DNA of 32,000 nt from an archaeon (GCA_028279805.1 JANQMZ010000007.1:270001-302000), one strand, 5' to 3'. Positions 9,095 through 16,895 are shown, counted from the first letter of the stretch. The notes: generated by a model from the letters alone, not told the origin. Program-made: numbers and translations.

Positions 9095-9442
9095 TTAAGG
9101 ATTATTTCTTCTGGCTGATTCGCCGGATTTTTCCAATTGCTGAGCCTCAATATACAAATCGCTTAGATACCATCTGATTTGTTTTTTTTCCTCTTCACTT
9201 TCAATATTTGCTTCAACTTCTTCTTCTAAAATTTTAATTTCCGCTCGAATTTTTTCAAGCTCTGGCAAATGAATATTTTCCTGAACAATTTGAAGTTTTT
9301 CAGCAACACTTTTTGCATCCCTAAGAGAAGGAAACCATTTCTGCAGATTAAGAGTTTGTGCAAGTATTTGCTCTTCCCTTTCAGGATTCACCGATTTTTT
9401 AATCCTGCCCGTTTTTCTTTCCGTTGGTCTTCGTTCATGCAT
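9095..9442 (-). CDS. Hypothetical coiled-coil/helical protein
   Basis: 115-aa ORF on the same strand as, and tightly packed with, its neighbours; basic N-terminus MHERRPTERKTGRIKK. Confidence 0.6.
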   Translation of the reverse strand: MHERRPTERKTGRIKKSVNPEREEQILAQTLNLQKWFPSLRDAKSVAEKLQIVQENIHLPELEKIRAEIKILEEEVEANIESEEEKKQIRWYLSDLYIEAQQLEKSGESARRNNP

Positions 9443-9457
9443 AAAATCACTTTTAAT

Positions 9458-9784
9458 TTATTTTTCCACACCCTTTAATATTTCTGCCATTAAAACGGAT
9501 CGTTCTATGATTGCGTTAACAAAAGATTTTTCGTAGCTTGTTACAGCCCAGGGAAGAACTTCTTCTCTCAAAATTTGAATAGTGCTTAAAACAACTTCAT
9601 GCCTGGAATTACTTCTTACCTCAGCTTCTAAAAGTTGTCGGGCAATTTCATGAGGATTTGGAAGAAAAGGAAAGTCTTTTCTTAATTCCTTAGTTGCTTT
9701 ATTCAAAGGTTTCTTAAAAGGAAAAAAACTATGCAATTCATCAAAAGTTATTTCCCGGTTTCTTCTTTTTTCATGTTTTGGCAT
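9458..9784 (-). CDS. Hypothetical helical protein
   Basis: 108-aa ORF in the same cluster; MPKHEKRRNREITFDELHSFFPFKK. Confidence 0.6.
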   Translation of the reverse strand: MPKHEKRRNREITFDELHSFFPFKKPLNKATKELRKDFPFLPNPHEIARQLLEAEVRSNSRHEVVLSTIQILREEVLPWAVTSYEKSFVNAIIERSVLMAEILKGVEK

Positions 9785-9818
9785 AAAAGAATACTGTTTG
9801 CGTTGTTTATAAGTTTTT

Positions 9819-10484
9819 TTAAACCAGAGAACTTGGGCATAATTTGTTTATAACACAATTTTTACAATCCGGCTTGCGTGCCTGGCAAATTTTGCGCCCG
9901 TGCCAGATTAAAGTTGAATTGATTTTTGGCCAGTCTTTTTCGTCAATTAATTTTAACAAATCCTGTTCAATTTTGTCAGGATTTTTTTCTGTGCTAAAAA
10001 ACATGCGATTGCTTAAACGTTTTACATGAGTGTCAACTGCGATTCCGACCGTTTTGCCAAAACCATATGACAAAACAATGTTGGCGGTTTTTCTTGCAAC
10101 TCCCGGCAGAGTAATTAATTCTTCCATTGTTTTCGGAGTTTTTCCGTTAAATTCTTTTACAATTTTTTTTGAAGCATTTTTAATATTTTTAGCTTTTGCG
10201 TTAAAAAAACCGGTTGATTTGATTAAACGTTTTAATTCTGTCAAATTTGCAGAAGCAAAATCCTGCGGAGTTTTAAAGCGTTTAAAAAGTTCCGGTGTTA
10301 CTTTGTTCACGCGTTCATCAGTGCATTGAGCTGAAAGAATTGTTGCAACCATTAACTGAAAAGGGTTTTTATGGGTTAAAGCTGTGCCGGGAGCATATTT
10401 TTGTTTTTCAAGTTTTTTTAAAATTTTTTCAGCTCTTTTTTTGCGTTTTTGAAAAGATTCTTTTTTTGCATCTGAAAAATTCAT
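9819..10484 (-). CDS. nth: Endonuclease III (HhH-GPD, Fe-S)
   Basis: NPFQLMVATILSAQCTDERVN, LPGVARKTANIVLSYGFG, VDTHVKRLSNR, and the Fe-S Cys cluster CQARKPDCKNCVINKLC. Confidence 0.97.
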   Translation of the reverse strand: MNFSDAKKESFQKRKKRAEKILKKLEKQKYAPGTALTHKNPFQLMVATILSAQCTDERVNKVTPELFKRFKTPQDFASANLTELKRLIKSTGFFNAKAKNIKNASKKIVKEFNGKTPKTMEELITLPGVARKTANIVLSYGFGKTVGIAVDTHVKRLSNRMFFSTEKNPDKIEQDLLKLIDEKDWPKINSTLIWHGRKICQARKPDCKNCVINKLCPSSLV

Positions 10485-10993
10485 TGTTTTTCAACTTTTA
10501 TTAAAATTTTTTTACCGATAACAGGAATAAGTTTTTGCAATTCAATTTCAACATCTTTTTTTAACAAAATTTGGTCAGCTGATTTGTCAGGAAGTTTGCC
10601 GTTGACCTGAAAAACATAAAAGCCTTTTTTTCCGTCAACGGATGTGATATAAATTCCGTCAGGTTTTTTTTCAACACCCAGCCCTGAAACTTTTTTTAAT
10701 GCGTTTAACAGGGAATCCCCTTCCTTAACCTGAACAGTAAAAGGTTTTTCAACCAAATTCCAGACTTTTTCAATTGGTTTCATTGCATTTCTTTTAAGTT
10801 TTAAAACATGGGTGTTGCCAATTTGCTCTCTTTCAATCAAACCTGCTTTTTCCAAAACAAGAATATGTTTTAACGCAACAGGTGTTGAAATTCCGAGTTC
10901 TTTGGCTAAAGCGGAAATATGCATGTTTTTTTTAAGCAAAATTTTCAGAATATTTCTCCTGTTTGCATTTCCCAAAACTTTAAACAAATCCAT
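10481..10993 (-). CDS. ArsR-like winged-helix regulator with a C-terminal DUF4430/transcobalamin-like domain
   Basis: FKVLGNANRRNILKILLKKNMHISALAKELGISTPVALKHILVLEKAGLIER is a wHTH; the C-terminus VKEGDSLLNALKKVSG...GIYITSVDGKKGFYVFQVNGKLPDKSADQILLKKDVEIEL resembles a beta-grasp DUF4430 domain. Confidence 0.75.
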   Translation of the reverse strand: MDLFKVLGNANRRNILKILLKKNMHISALAKELGISTPVALKHILVLEKAGLIEREQIGNTHVLKLKRNAMKPIEKVWNLVEKPFTVQVKEGDSLLNALKKVSGLGVEKKPDGIYITSVDGKKGFYVFQVNGKLPDKSADQILLKKDVEIELQKLIPVIGKKILIKVEKQ

Positions 10994-11084
10994 TCAAACA
11001 CAACCTTTTGGGTAACGATTGTTAGTATTCAGAAAAAAAGTTAATTAAAAGCTATTGGAATGTGCATGTGGGCTCTGGAATATG

Positions 11085-11984
11085 TCAGGCAGCTGATTCA
11101 ACCTGTTTTGTCATCGCCCAGTCCATTAAAGTTTCTGAAATGGCAATAAGACTCTGGTTTACACGCATTTTTGAATAAGATTTAATGTCTTCAGGTTCTT
11201 TTGAATCAAGGGATGTGCAAATTCTGATAAAATTTATTGCATCCTCAGGAGTCAGCCAGTTGTCATCCGAATCGTCTTTTTCAATCAAACTTTTTAAAGA
11301 ATCAACTGCGGGTAAAAGTTTTTCTAGAAAATTTAAATCCTTTTTTTCAAAAGTTATTATGTGGTCAGCCATTCTCTCAACAGACATTGAAATTCTTGAA
11401 ATGTAATACAAGTCAATTGGTTTTAATTTTGAAGAACGGTTCATTGTTAAAGCTGAAATTACTGCACGTTCAATCAAATTTTTTGACTTGTCTATCTCTT
11501 CTTCATATTTTTCAATGAGTTTTTTGTCAAAATCGTTAACCATTGAAAAAATTAAAGTTTTTAAACGCCTTATCATTGACCTTAAAGTTGCATGCGGGTT
11601 TTCAATTAAAATATTTGATTCTCCGAAAATTGTTTTGTTTCCGATTTCAATCAATTCAATGTTTAAAAGATTCGGATTCATTAAATCATGAAAAGACAAA
11701 TCTTTGTTCAGCAAAATTTTGAAAGATTTGGCAGGATTAATATAACAGGCAACTATTATTTTTTCCAAAACTTTTGGGTCACTTTCATTTACTTTTATTA
11801 CAATGTCTTTTCCTTTTTTTTCATTAATGCCCGAACTTATATTCAGGGAACCGTCAGCTGTTTCCGTCAGGGTGACAGGAACATTCTGATTTATTTTATA
11901 TTTTTTACACCAGCTTGTAGGCAGATAAACATAATGCATTTTGCCGGTTTTCTGAATTTTTCTGATATCGCCTGAGACAACCAT
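11085..11984 (-). CDS. AbrB-like plus PhoU-like domain protein (phosphate uptake regulator family)
   Basis: N-terminus GDIRKIQKTGKMHYVYLPTSWCKKYKI is SpoVT/AbrB-like; the helical C-terminus SRISMSVERMADHIITF is PhoU-like. Confidence 0.85.
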   Translation of the reverse strand: MVVSGDIRKIQKTGKMHYVYLPTSWCKKYKINQNVPVTLTETADGSLNISSGINEKKGKDIVIKVNESDPKVLEKIIVACYINPAKSFKILLNKDLSFHDLMNPNLLNIELIEIGNKTIFGESNILIENPHATLRSMIRRLKTLIFSMVNDFDKKLIEKYEEEIDKSKNLIERAVISALTMNRSSKLKPIDLYYISRISMSVERMADHIITFEKKDLNFLEKLLPAVDSLKSLIEKDDSDDNWLTPEDAINFIRICTSLDSKEPEDIKSYSKMRVNQSLIAISETLMDWAMTKQVESAA

Positions 11985-12054
11985 ATATGAGTTATACTTA
12001 GCGACAAGTATATATTGTTTATTGCTTTAAAACAGCTTTTTTTAAGATATTGAA

Positions 12055-12189
12055 CTATTTTTTGGAATCCTTTAATTTTTGGGAAACTACGTGCATTTTT
12101 CCCATTTGTGCTGCAAGTGAAACCCTGCCAATAATAAGGCCTGCTATGAAAAAAGCAAAAGCGTAAATGTAAATCATTAAAGGACTCAT
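12055..12189 (-). CDS. Candidate 44-aa single-TM small protein, absent from the ORF track
   Basis: My translation is MSPLMIYIYAFAFFIAGLIIGRVSLAAQMGKMHVVSQKLKDSKK*: a TM helix with GxxxG-like spacing and a basic tail. Confidence 0.5.
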   Translation of the reverse strand: MSPLMIYIYAFAFFIAGLIIGRVSLAAQMGKMHVVSQKLKDSKK

Positions 12190-12316
12190 TTACACAAAAT
12201 GTTTTCTTTTAAATATAAACAAAATCCAAATAATAAATATACAATATAAAAAATAGATATTCAAAAATGTTAAAATTTTTATACTAGAATGTTATTATTT
12301 TTGCAAGTGACCTGAA

Positions 12317-12586
12317 ATGAGACCTGCTGAACACCACCAAAGAGCTCCGAGAGCTGCTGCAGAAAGAAAAGTTGCCGAGAGAGGCAGGCAATACAGAGAC
12401 CTTCATTCTCAAAGGCGCCGACTTATAAGGGAACTGGAAGCATCCAGAAATGAAATGAGAAGGCTTCAGGGAATGAGAGAAGACGGAATCGCGGTTCCAC
12501 AAAATCAGATTAGTGATGTTCAAAACAAAATTAAAAAACTTAAAAAGGATATTGACTCTGTTGAAAGCAAATTAAAAAACTTGTAA
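12317..12586 (+). CDS. Small basic coiled-coil protein
   Basis: 89 aa, Arg/Glu/Lys heptad-like: QYRDLHSQRRRLIRELEASRNEMRRLQG...VQNKIKKLKKDIDSVESKLKNL. Confidence 0.6.
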   Translation: MRPAEHHQRAPRAAAERKVAERGRQYRDLHSQRRRLIRELEASRNEMRRLQGMREDGIAVPQNQISDVQNKIKKLKKDIDSVESKLKNL

Positions 12587-12592
12587 AAATAA

Positions 12593-13087
12593 TTATTTGT
12601 TTAGCCTTTCACCAATAAAAAAGTGAAGAGCTGCTTCGGATTCAGGGTTAAAAAAATTTTGCTGTTTAAGTTTTTCAACTGCTTTGGGAATGCTTGCAAG
12701 ATGAACCGCTTCCAATATTCCACGAGCCTGTTCCTCTGTTAATCCTTTTGCAGTCAAAGCGAATACTGCAGTTGGAGAGCCTGCAAGTTCTCTTGCAAAA
12801 GCTTCAAAAACTTTTAAACCAGCTCTTTCATAAAGTGGTGCCGCACGAGCAAAATCAGAACTTTTTGCAAGTTCATGTGCATAAACCGCATCTCTTTTTT
12901 TTTCAAGCCTTTTAACTATATCAGGTTTTGCACCGGATTCTCTTGCTATTGAAAGCTGATTTTCAGTTTCTCTTTTAGCTATTTGAAACTGCCTGTTTCT
13001 TTCACTCGGAGTTTTTGCAATTCTTAACCCTTCAATTGAAGGGAGGCCATATTGTCTCCGTATAGTTTTTTTGTTTGGAATAGGCAT
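12593..13087 (-). CDS. Hypothetical protein, TPR-like/helical
   Basis: ATG at 13087 (MPIPNKKTIRRQYG); helical DFARAAPLYERAGLKVFEAFARELAG. Confidence 0.6.
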   Translation of the reverse strand: MPIPNKKTIRRQYGLPSIEGLRIAKTPSERNRQFQIAKRETENQLSIARESGAKPDIVKRLEKKRDAVYAHELAKSSDFARAAPLYERAGLKVFEAFARELAGSPTAVFALTAKGLTEEQARGILEAVHLASIPKAVEKLKQQNFFNPESEAALHFFIGERLNK

Positions 13088-13150
13088 AAAAAAACACCAA
13101 TAATAAAATAATGTTAACAAGTTATATTTAAACCTGAAGTTGAAAGGGGC

Positions 13151-13184
13151 TTTGTACTTTTATTCGTTTTTGTACTTTTATTCG
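13151..13184. repeat. Two tandem copies of tttgtacttttattcg, 18-bp period
   Basis: Copies at 13151-13166 and 13169-13184, identical over 16 bp, in the divergent intergenic region 13088-13272. Confidence 0.85.
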
Positions 13185-13272
13185 GATATTTTTGAATGCT
13201 TTTTTAAGGTTTTGAAAATTTGGCTGAAACCGTGAAACATAGTTATTTATATGATAAAAAGGCAATTAAGGT

Positions 13273-13659
13273 ATGGCTAGGGCTCCGAGGCAGATTGGGC
13301 ATAAACCTTTTGATAGAAAAAGATTGTCTATGTGGAACAGTATTTCATCTGAAGGGCTTTTAAAAAAAAGGGAAGAATATGCTTTTGAAATACTTCCGGA
13401 ACTGCTTTATGAAGCAAATAATGGAAATCGTGAGGCAAGAAGGCAGCTGGCTGAAAGTTCTCAGGATTTGATTGAAATTGAAAGGCTTTTAAGGGAAAGA
13501 AATGTTTCACCGGGAGGCGTTTCTGAAAAGGCTAAAAGGCAGAATGTTCTTCGAGCAATTGAAGAAGCTGAAACAAAATTATCAGAATCTGAAAACCAGA
13601 TTGAAAAAGAAATTCTTGAAAGCAGGTTAAAAGCTTTAAAAGAATTATTATCAGGATAA
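13273..13659 (+). CDS. Hypothetical helical protein
   Basis: 128-aa ORF; MARAPRQIGHKPFDRKRLSMWNSIS...; charged helical C-terminus. Confidence 0.6.
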   Translation: MARAPRQIGHKPFDRKRLSMWNSISSEGLLKKREEYAFEILPELLYEANNGNREARRQLAESSQDLIEIERLLRERNVSPGGVSEKAKRQNVLRAIEEAETKLSESENQIEKEILESRLKALKELLSG

Positions 13660-13673
13660 AATTTGAACAAATT

Positions 13674-13931
13674 CTAAGGCTTTCTTCTGCCTAAAAGAAT
13701 TTTTGCTTTTTCTTCATGTTGCTGTGCTTTTTCAACGTTTCCTTCTTTTCTTAGTCTTTGCGCTTCACTTTGATGTGCTCCGGCTGCAGATTCCCATAAT
13801 CCGAGTTGTTGATAACGTTCTGCCGCTCCTATAAAATTGCCCTGAGCCATTAAATTGTTTGCTTTTGTAAGCCCGCCCAAACGTTCCTGTAAATGTTCGC
13901 TTGTTTCCGTTCTTCTTCGTCTTAATGCCAT
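13674..13931 (-). CDS. Small TPR-like protein with a basic N-terminus
   Basis: ATG at 13931 (MALRRRRTETSEHLQ); NNLMAQGNFIGAAERYQQLGLWESAAGAHQSEAQRLRKEG is TPR/SNAP-like. Confidence 0.6.
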   Translation of the reverse strand: MALRRRRTETSEHLQERLGGLTKANNLMAQGNFIGAAERYQQLGLWESAAGAHQSEAQRLRKEGNVEKAQQHEEKAKILLGRRKP

Positions 13932-14010
13932 TTTAGAAATAAGATTAAAGTGATTAATAAACATGCCTTTTGCATTATTAATAAAAAGAATTGGTTTCAA
14001 ATAAAGTCAA

Positions 14011-14442
14011 ATGAAAAACAAAACTTTTATGGTAATAATTTTTGCACTGATTTTAATAGCGGGATGTACCAATGGAACAGATGTAAAAAAAGAGAAACAG
14101 GTAAAAGATGAAGATTTGCCTGACAAAACCATAAAACCTTACATTGTAATAAGCATTCAGGAATTAAATGAAGATGCGGTAAGTTATACCGGTGAAAAAG
14201 TTTTACTTGAAGGATTTTTCGGTCATAAAAATTTTTACGGAAACACCGGAATGTCTTATTTGATAACAGATTATGGTTTGTTTTTAGTTGACCAGCCATT
14301 GCCTGTGAAAAGTTTTGTAAGGCTTGACGGAGAAATCCCGGTTGAACATGATTCAAAACAAATAAAAGTTATTGGAATTGTTCAGCAAGCTGATGACAAA
14401 ATAACTGTTATTGTTGTTGAATCTTTTGAGGTGAAAGAATGA
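14011..14442 (+). CDS. Lipoprotein, possible OB-fold
   Basis: Signal peptide plus lipobox-like ILIAGC; C-terminus VLLEGFFGHK...VKSFVRLDGEIP...IKVIGIVQQ. Confidence 0.75.
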   Translation: MKNKTFMVIIFALILIAGCTNGTDVKKEKQVKDEDLPDKTIKPYIVISIQELNEDAVSYTGEKVLLEGFFGHKNFYGNTGMSYLITDYGLFLVDQPLPVKSFVRLDGEIPVEHDSKQIKVIGIVQQADDKITVIVVESFEVKE

Positions 14443-15479
14443 AAAAAATTTTCACCGCATTATTGTTTTCAGTTTTTTTAATTGCAGGAGCTTTTTTTGC
14501 AAATGCAGATTTTGAATTAAACACAGCTGAAGATGACTGTAAACTTGCAATAATAATTAATGGCGCAGTAAAAGCGGATGATGACCATATTCGTTACTGG
14601 AATGCGGTTAAACAAAAATGGGCTTATCTCGAAGGAGAAAATTTTACTCCTTCAAATATTTATGTGCATTATACCAATGGAACCGGCAGAGATGATTCAG
14701 GAATTGTTGATGGCCCGGCTTCAGGTGAAAGCATTCTTGAAACATTTGAAGCAATAGCTCAAAAAATAAGAGACTGTGAATCAAGAGGAAAAAGAGCAGA
14801 GGTTCTAATTCTTGTAACAGACCATGGTTTAAGCGTTCAGGGAACAGCAGGAATTCCTCTTGAAGGAGGAGACATTTTGTATCCGGATGCTTTGGCTGAT
14901 TTAATAAGAACATTAAAGGATGCGGGAACAGTTGATGTTTGGGTTGAATTGGGACAATGTTTTAGCGGCGGTTTTATTGATGATTTGGAAAATGTTGCAA
15001 ACGGTGTTGCGGCTTCAACAGGAGCAGACCAGAATCATTACAGCACCAGGGATAGAATGAGGTTTGAATATTATTTTATGGCTGCATTGGATGGAAATTA
15101 TCCTGATGGAAACGTGGTTACAGGCGTTCCTTCAACCGGCAACCCATGGCAGGATGCATGGGAGTTTGCCAAAAGAAAATACCAGGAAGAACTGGGTTCC
15201 GGTGAAATTTCTGAACCGGTTTATGGCGGTTCAGGAATTCCAAATTATTGTGGCAATGGTGTTGTGGATGACGGAGAACAATGTGATATTGCTTTGGAAA
15301 CAAATTCTTGCAGTGAAAAACAGGAATGTTCAAATGAATGCCAGTGCCAGAATTTGTGCGGAAACGGACAAATAGATGAAAGTGAAGAATGTGACATATC
15401 AGATGATTCCGACCAGTTTCAATGTTATGATGAGGGTTATTGCAGTGAAACTTTGTGCAAATGCATTCCTTTTAACTAA
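14439..15479 (+). CDS. Secreted caspase-like/C13 (clan CD) cysteine peptidase with C-terminal Cys-rich CGNG repeats
   Basis: Signal peptide; CKLAIIINGA...HIRYWNAVKQKWAYL...NIYVHY; candidate catalytic dyad TDHG (His at nt 14823-14825) and LGQCFSGGF (Cys at nt 14958-14960); C-terminus CGNGVVDDGEQCD...CGNGQIDESEECD. Confidence 0.8.
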   Translation: MKKIFTALLFSVFLIAGAFFANADFELNTAEDDCKLAIIINGAVKADDDHIRYWNAVKQKWAYLEGENFTPSNIYVHYTNGTGRDDSGIVDGPASGESILETFEAIAQKIRDCESRGKRAEVLILVTDHGLSVQGTAGIPLEGGDILYPDALADLIRTLKDAGTVDVWVELGQCFSGGFIDDLENVANGVAASTGADQNHYSTRDRMRFEYYFMAALDGNYPDGNVVTGVPSTGNPWQDAWEFAKRKYQEELGSGEISEPVYGGSGIPNYCGNGVVDDGEQCDIALETNSCSEKQECSNECQCQNLCGNGQIDESEECDISDDSDQFQCYDEGYCSETLCKCIPFN

Positions 15480-15504
15480 TTTTTTTTATTATTTAATGTT
15501 TTGT

Positions 15505-16869
15505 TTAGGCTGAAGAAACGCTTTTTTGATTCATGTTATTCATGGTTTTGTTAATCCAGAAATATCCTATTATTGATGATAAAATGTTTCCCAATGCAAT
15601 TGCTGTCCAAACGCCTGTGATTGAAAAATTAAAAATTTGTGTTGAAACGTATGCCAGTGGAATTGAAACAACTACAAACCGGATAAAAAATATCCAGAAA
15701 CCCGGCCACGATCTTCCGATGGCCTGAAAAGCACTTGCTTCAACCATTGCCATTGCAAGAAAACCATAGCTTAATGCAACAATCCAGATGTATGAAAGAG
15801 AATATTCCGTAACAATCGGATTGTCTGTAAATATGCTGATAATTGTGTTTGATAATAAAATTGCAACAATTCCCAAACCTGCCGCACCAACAAAACTATA
15901 CTTTAAGGCTTTTGAAAAAGATTCTTTCGCCCTTTGAATGTTTTTTGCCCCAATGTTTTGGCCGATCATTGCCAACGCTCCGAAGCCAAAGCCTATTGCG
16001 GGCAGGAATGCAAAAAATTCTATTCTGAAACCCAGACTGAAAGCAATCGCCCCTGGTTCCATAAAACCTAATGAAACAACAAGCATTAAAGCAATTAAGC
16101 CAATGGGATTAATTACTTGTGTTAATGATGCAGGAATTCCTATTCCTAAAACTTTTTTTACTGATTCCCATTGAAAACTTAAATTTTTGAAACGAAATGT
16201 TACTATTCTGTTTTCTCTTGATAACAAATATATTCCGATTATTATGAAAATTGATTGGGAAATAAGTGTTGCTATTGCTGCTCCTGAAATTCCTAAAGCC
16301 GGAAATCCAAACCATCCGAGTATTAATAACGGATCCAAAATTATGTTAACTAATGTTGATAAAGCAAAAAGTTTTGTTAAGGTTAAAGTGTCTCCCTCTG
16401 AATTAAATGCAAACATTATTGTCATTAAAATAAAAAGTAAAATTGAGCCACCGGCGGTTATTGTAAAATAATCCAATGCCGGCTGAAATATTAATCCGGT
16501 TGCACCTGAAAGCGTTAATAATTCATTTCTGAATAATAAGGAAAGTGCAGTGAAAAATATTGCCGCAATAGCTGATAATACAAAGGATTGTCCTAAAACC
16601 CGTTCAGCTTCTTTCATGTTTTTGGATCCTATGTGCATTGCCATTATTACTCCTGAGCCAATGGTTATTCCCATGCTTAAACCTACCATGGCAAACAATG
16701 CCAGTTGTGCAATGCTTACAGCTGCTATTGCTTCTGCTGACAACTTGCTTACCCAGAAAGCGTCTACAATGTTGTAAAGAGTGTAAAAAAATACTGAAAG
16801 CATTAAAGGCCAGGCTAATGACCATAATTGTTTTCTAATATTGCCTTTGGTTAAATCCTGCCCTTCCAA
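15505..16869 (-). CDS. MATE family efflux transporter
   Basis: MEGQDLTKGNIRKQLWSLAWPLMLSVFFYTLYNIVDAFWVSKLS; 12-TM-like; internal repeat with GASLTQVINPIGLIAL-type half. Confidence 0.93.
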   Translation of the reverse strand: MEGQDLTKGNIRKQLWSLAWPLMLSVFFYTLYNIVDAFWVSKLSAEAIAAVSIAQLALFAMVGLSMGITIGSGVIMAMHIGSKNMKEAERVLGQSFVLSAIAAIFFTALSLLFRNELLTLSGATGLIFQPALDYFTITAGGSILLFILMTIMFAFNSEGDTLTLTKLFALSTLVNIILDPLLILGWFGFPALGISGAAIATLISQSIFIIIGIYLLSRENRIVTFRFKNLSFQWESVKKVLGIGIPASLTQVINPIGLIALMLVVSLGFMEPGAIAFSLGFRIEFFAFLPAIGFGFGALAMIGQNIGAKNIQRAKESFSKALKYSFVGAAGLGIVAILLSNTIISIFTDNPIVTEYSLSYIWIVALSYGFLAMAMVEASAFQAIGRSWPGFWIFFIRFVVVSIPLAYVSTQIFNFSITGVWTAIALGNILSSIIGYFWINKTMNNMNQKSVSSA

Positions 16870-16895
16870 AATTAATCACAGTAAAGAAAAGGCAG

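Noticed and set aside
11488-11975. Plus-strand ORFs antisense to the PhoU-like gene
   Set aside because: No domain signal, while the minus-strand gene has clear AbrB/PhoU-like features.
12284-12523. Minus-strand 79-aa ORF overlapping the 12317 coiled-coil gene
   Set aside because: Ser/Phe-rich complement of an Arg/Glu-rich coiled-coil; the plus frame looks more protein-like.
13141-13190. The direct repeat as a CRISPR array
   Set aside because: Only two copies, separated by 2 bp, with no spacers and no cas genes in the window.
8386-14000. The orphan clusters as an integrated mobile element or defence island
   Set aside because: No integrase, transposase, tRNA-flanking repeats, nuclease or sensor domains seen; nth, the regulator and PhoU-like genes are interspersed.
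14644-15375. Alternative ORFs on both strands within the caspase-like gene
   Set aside because: Overlap a frame with signal peptide, dyad motifs and Cys repeats; their own translations lack family features.
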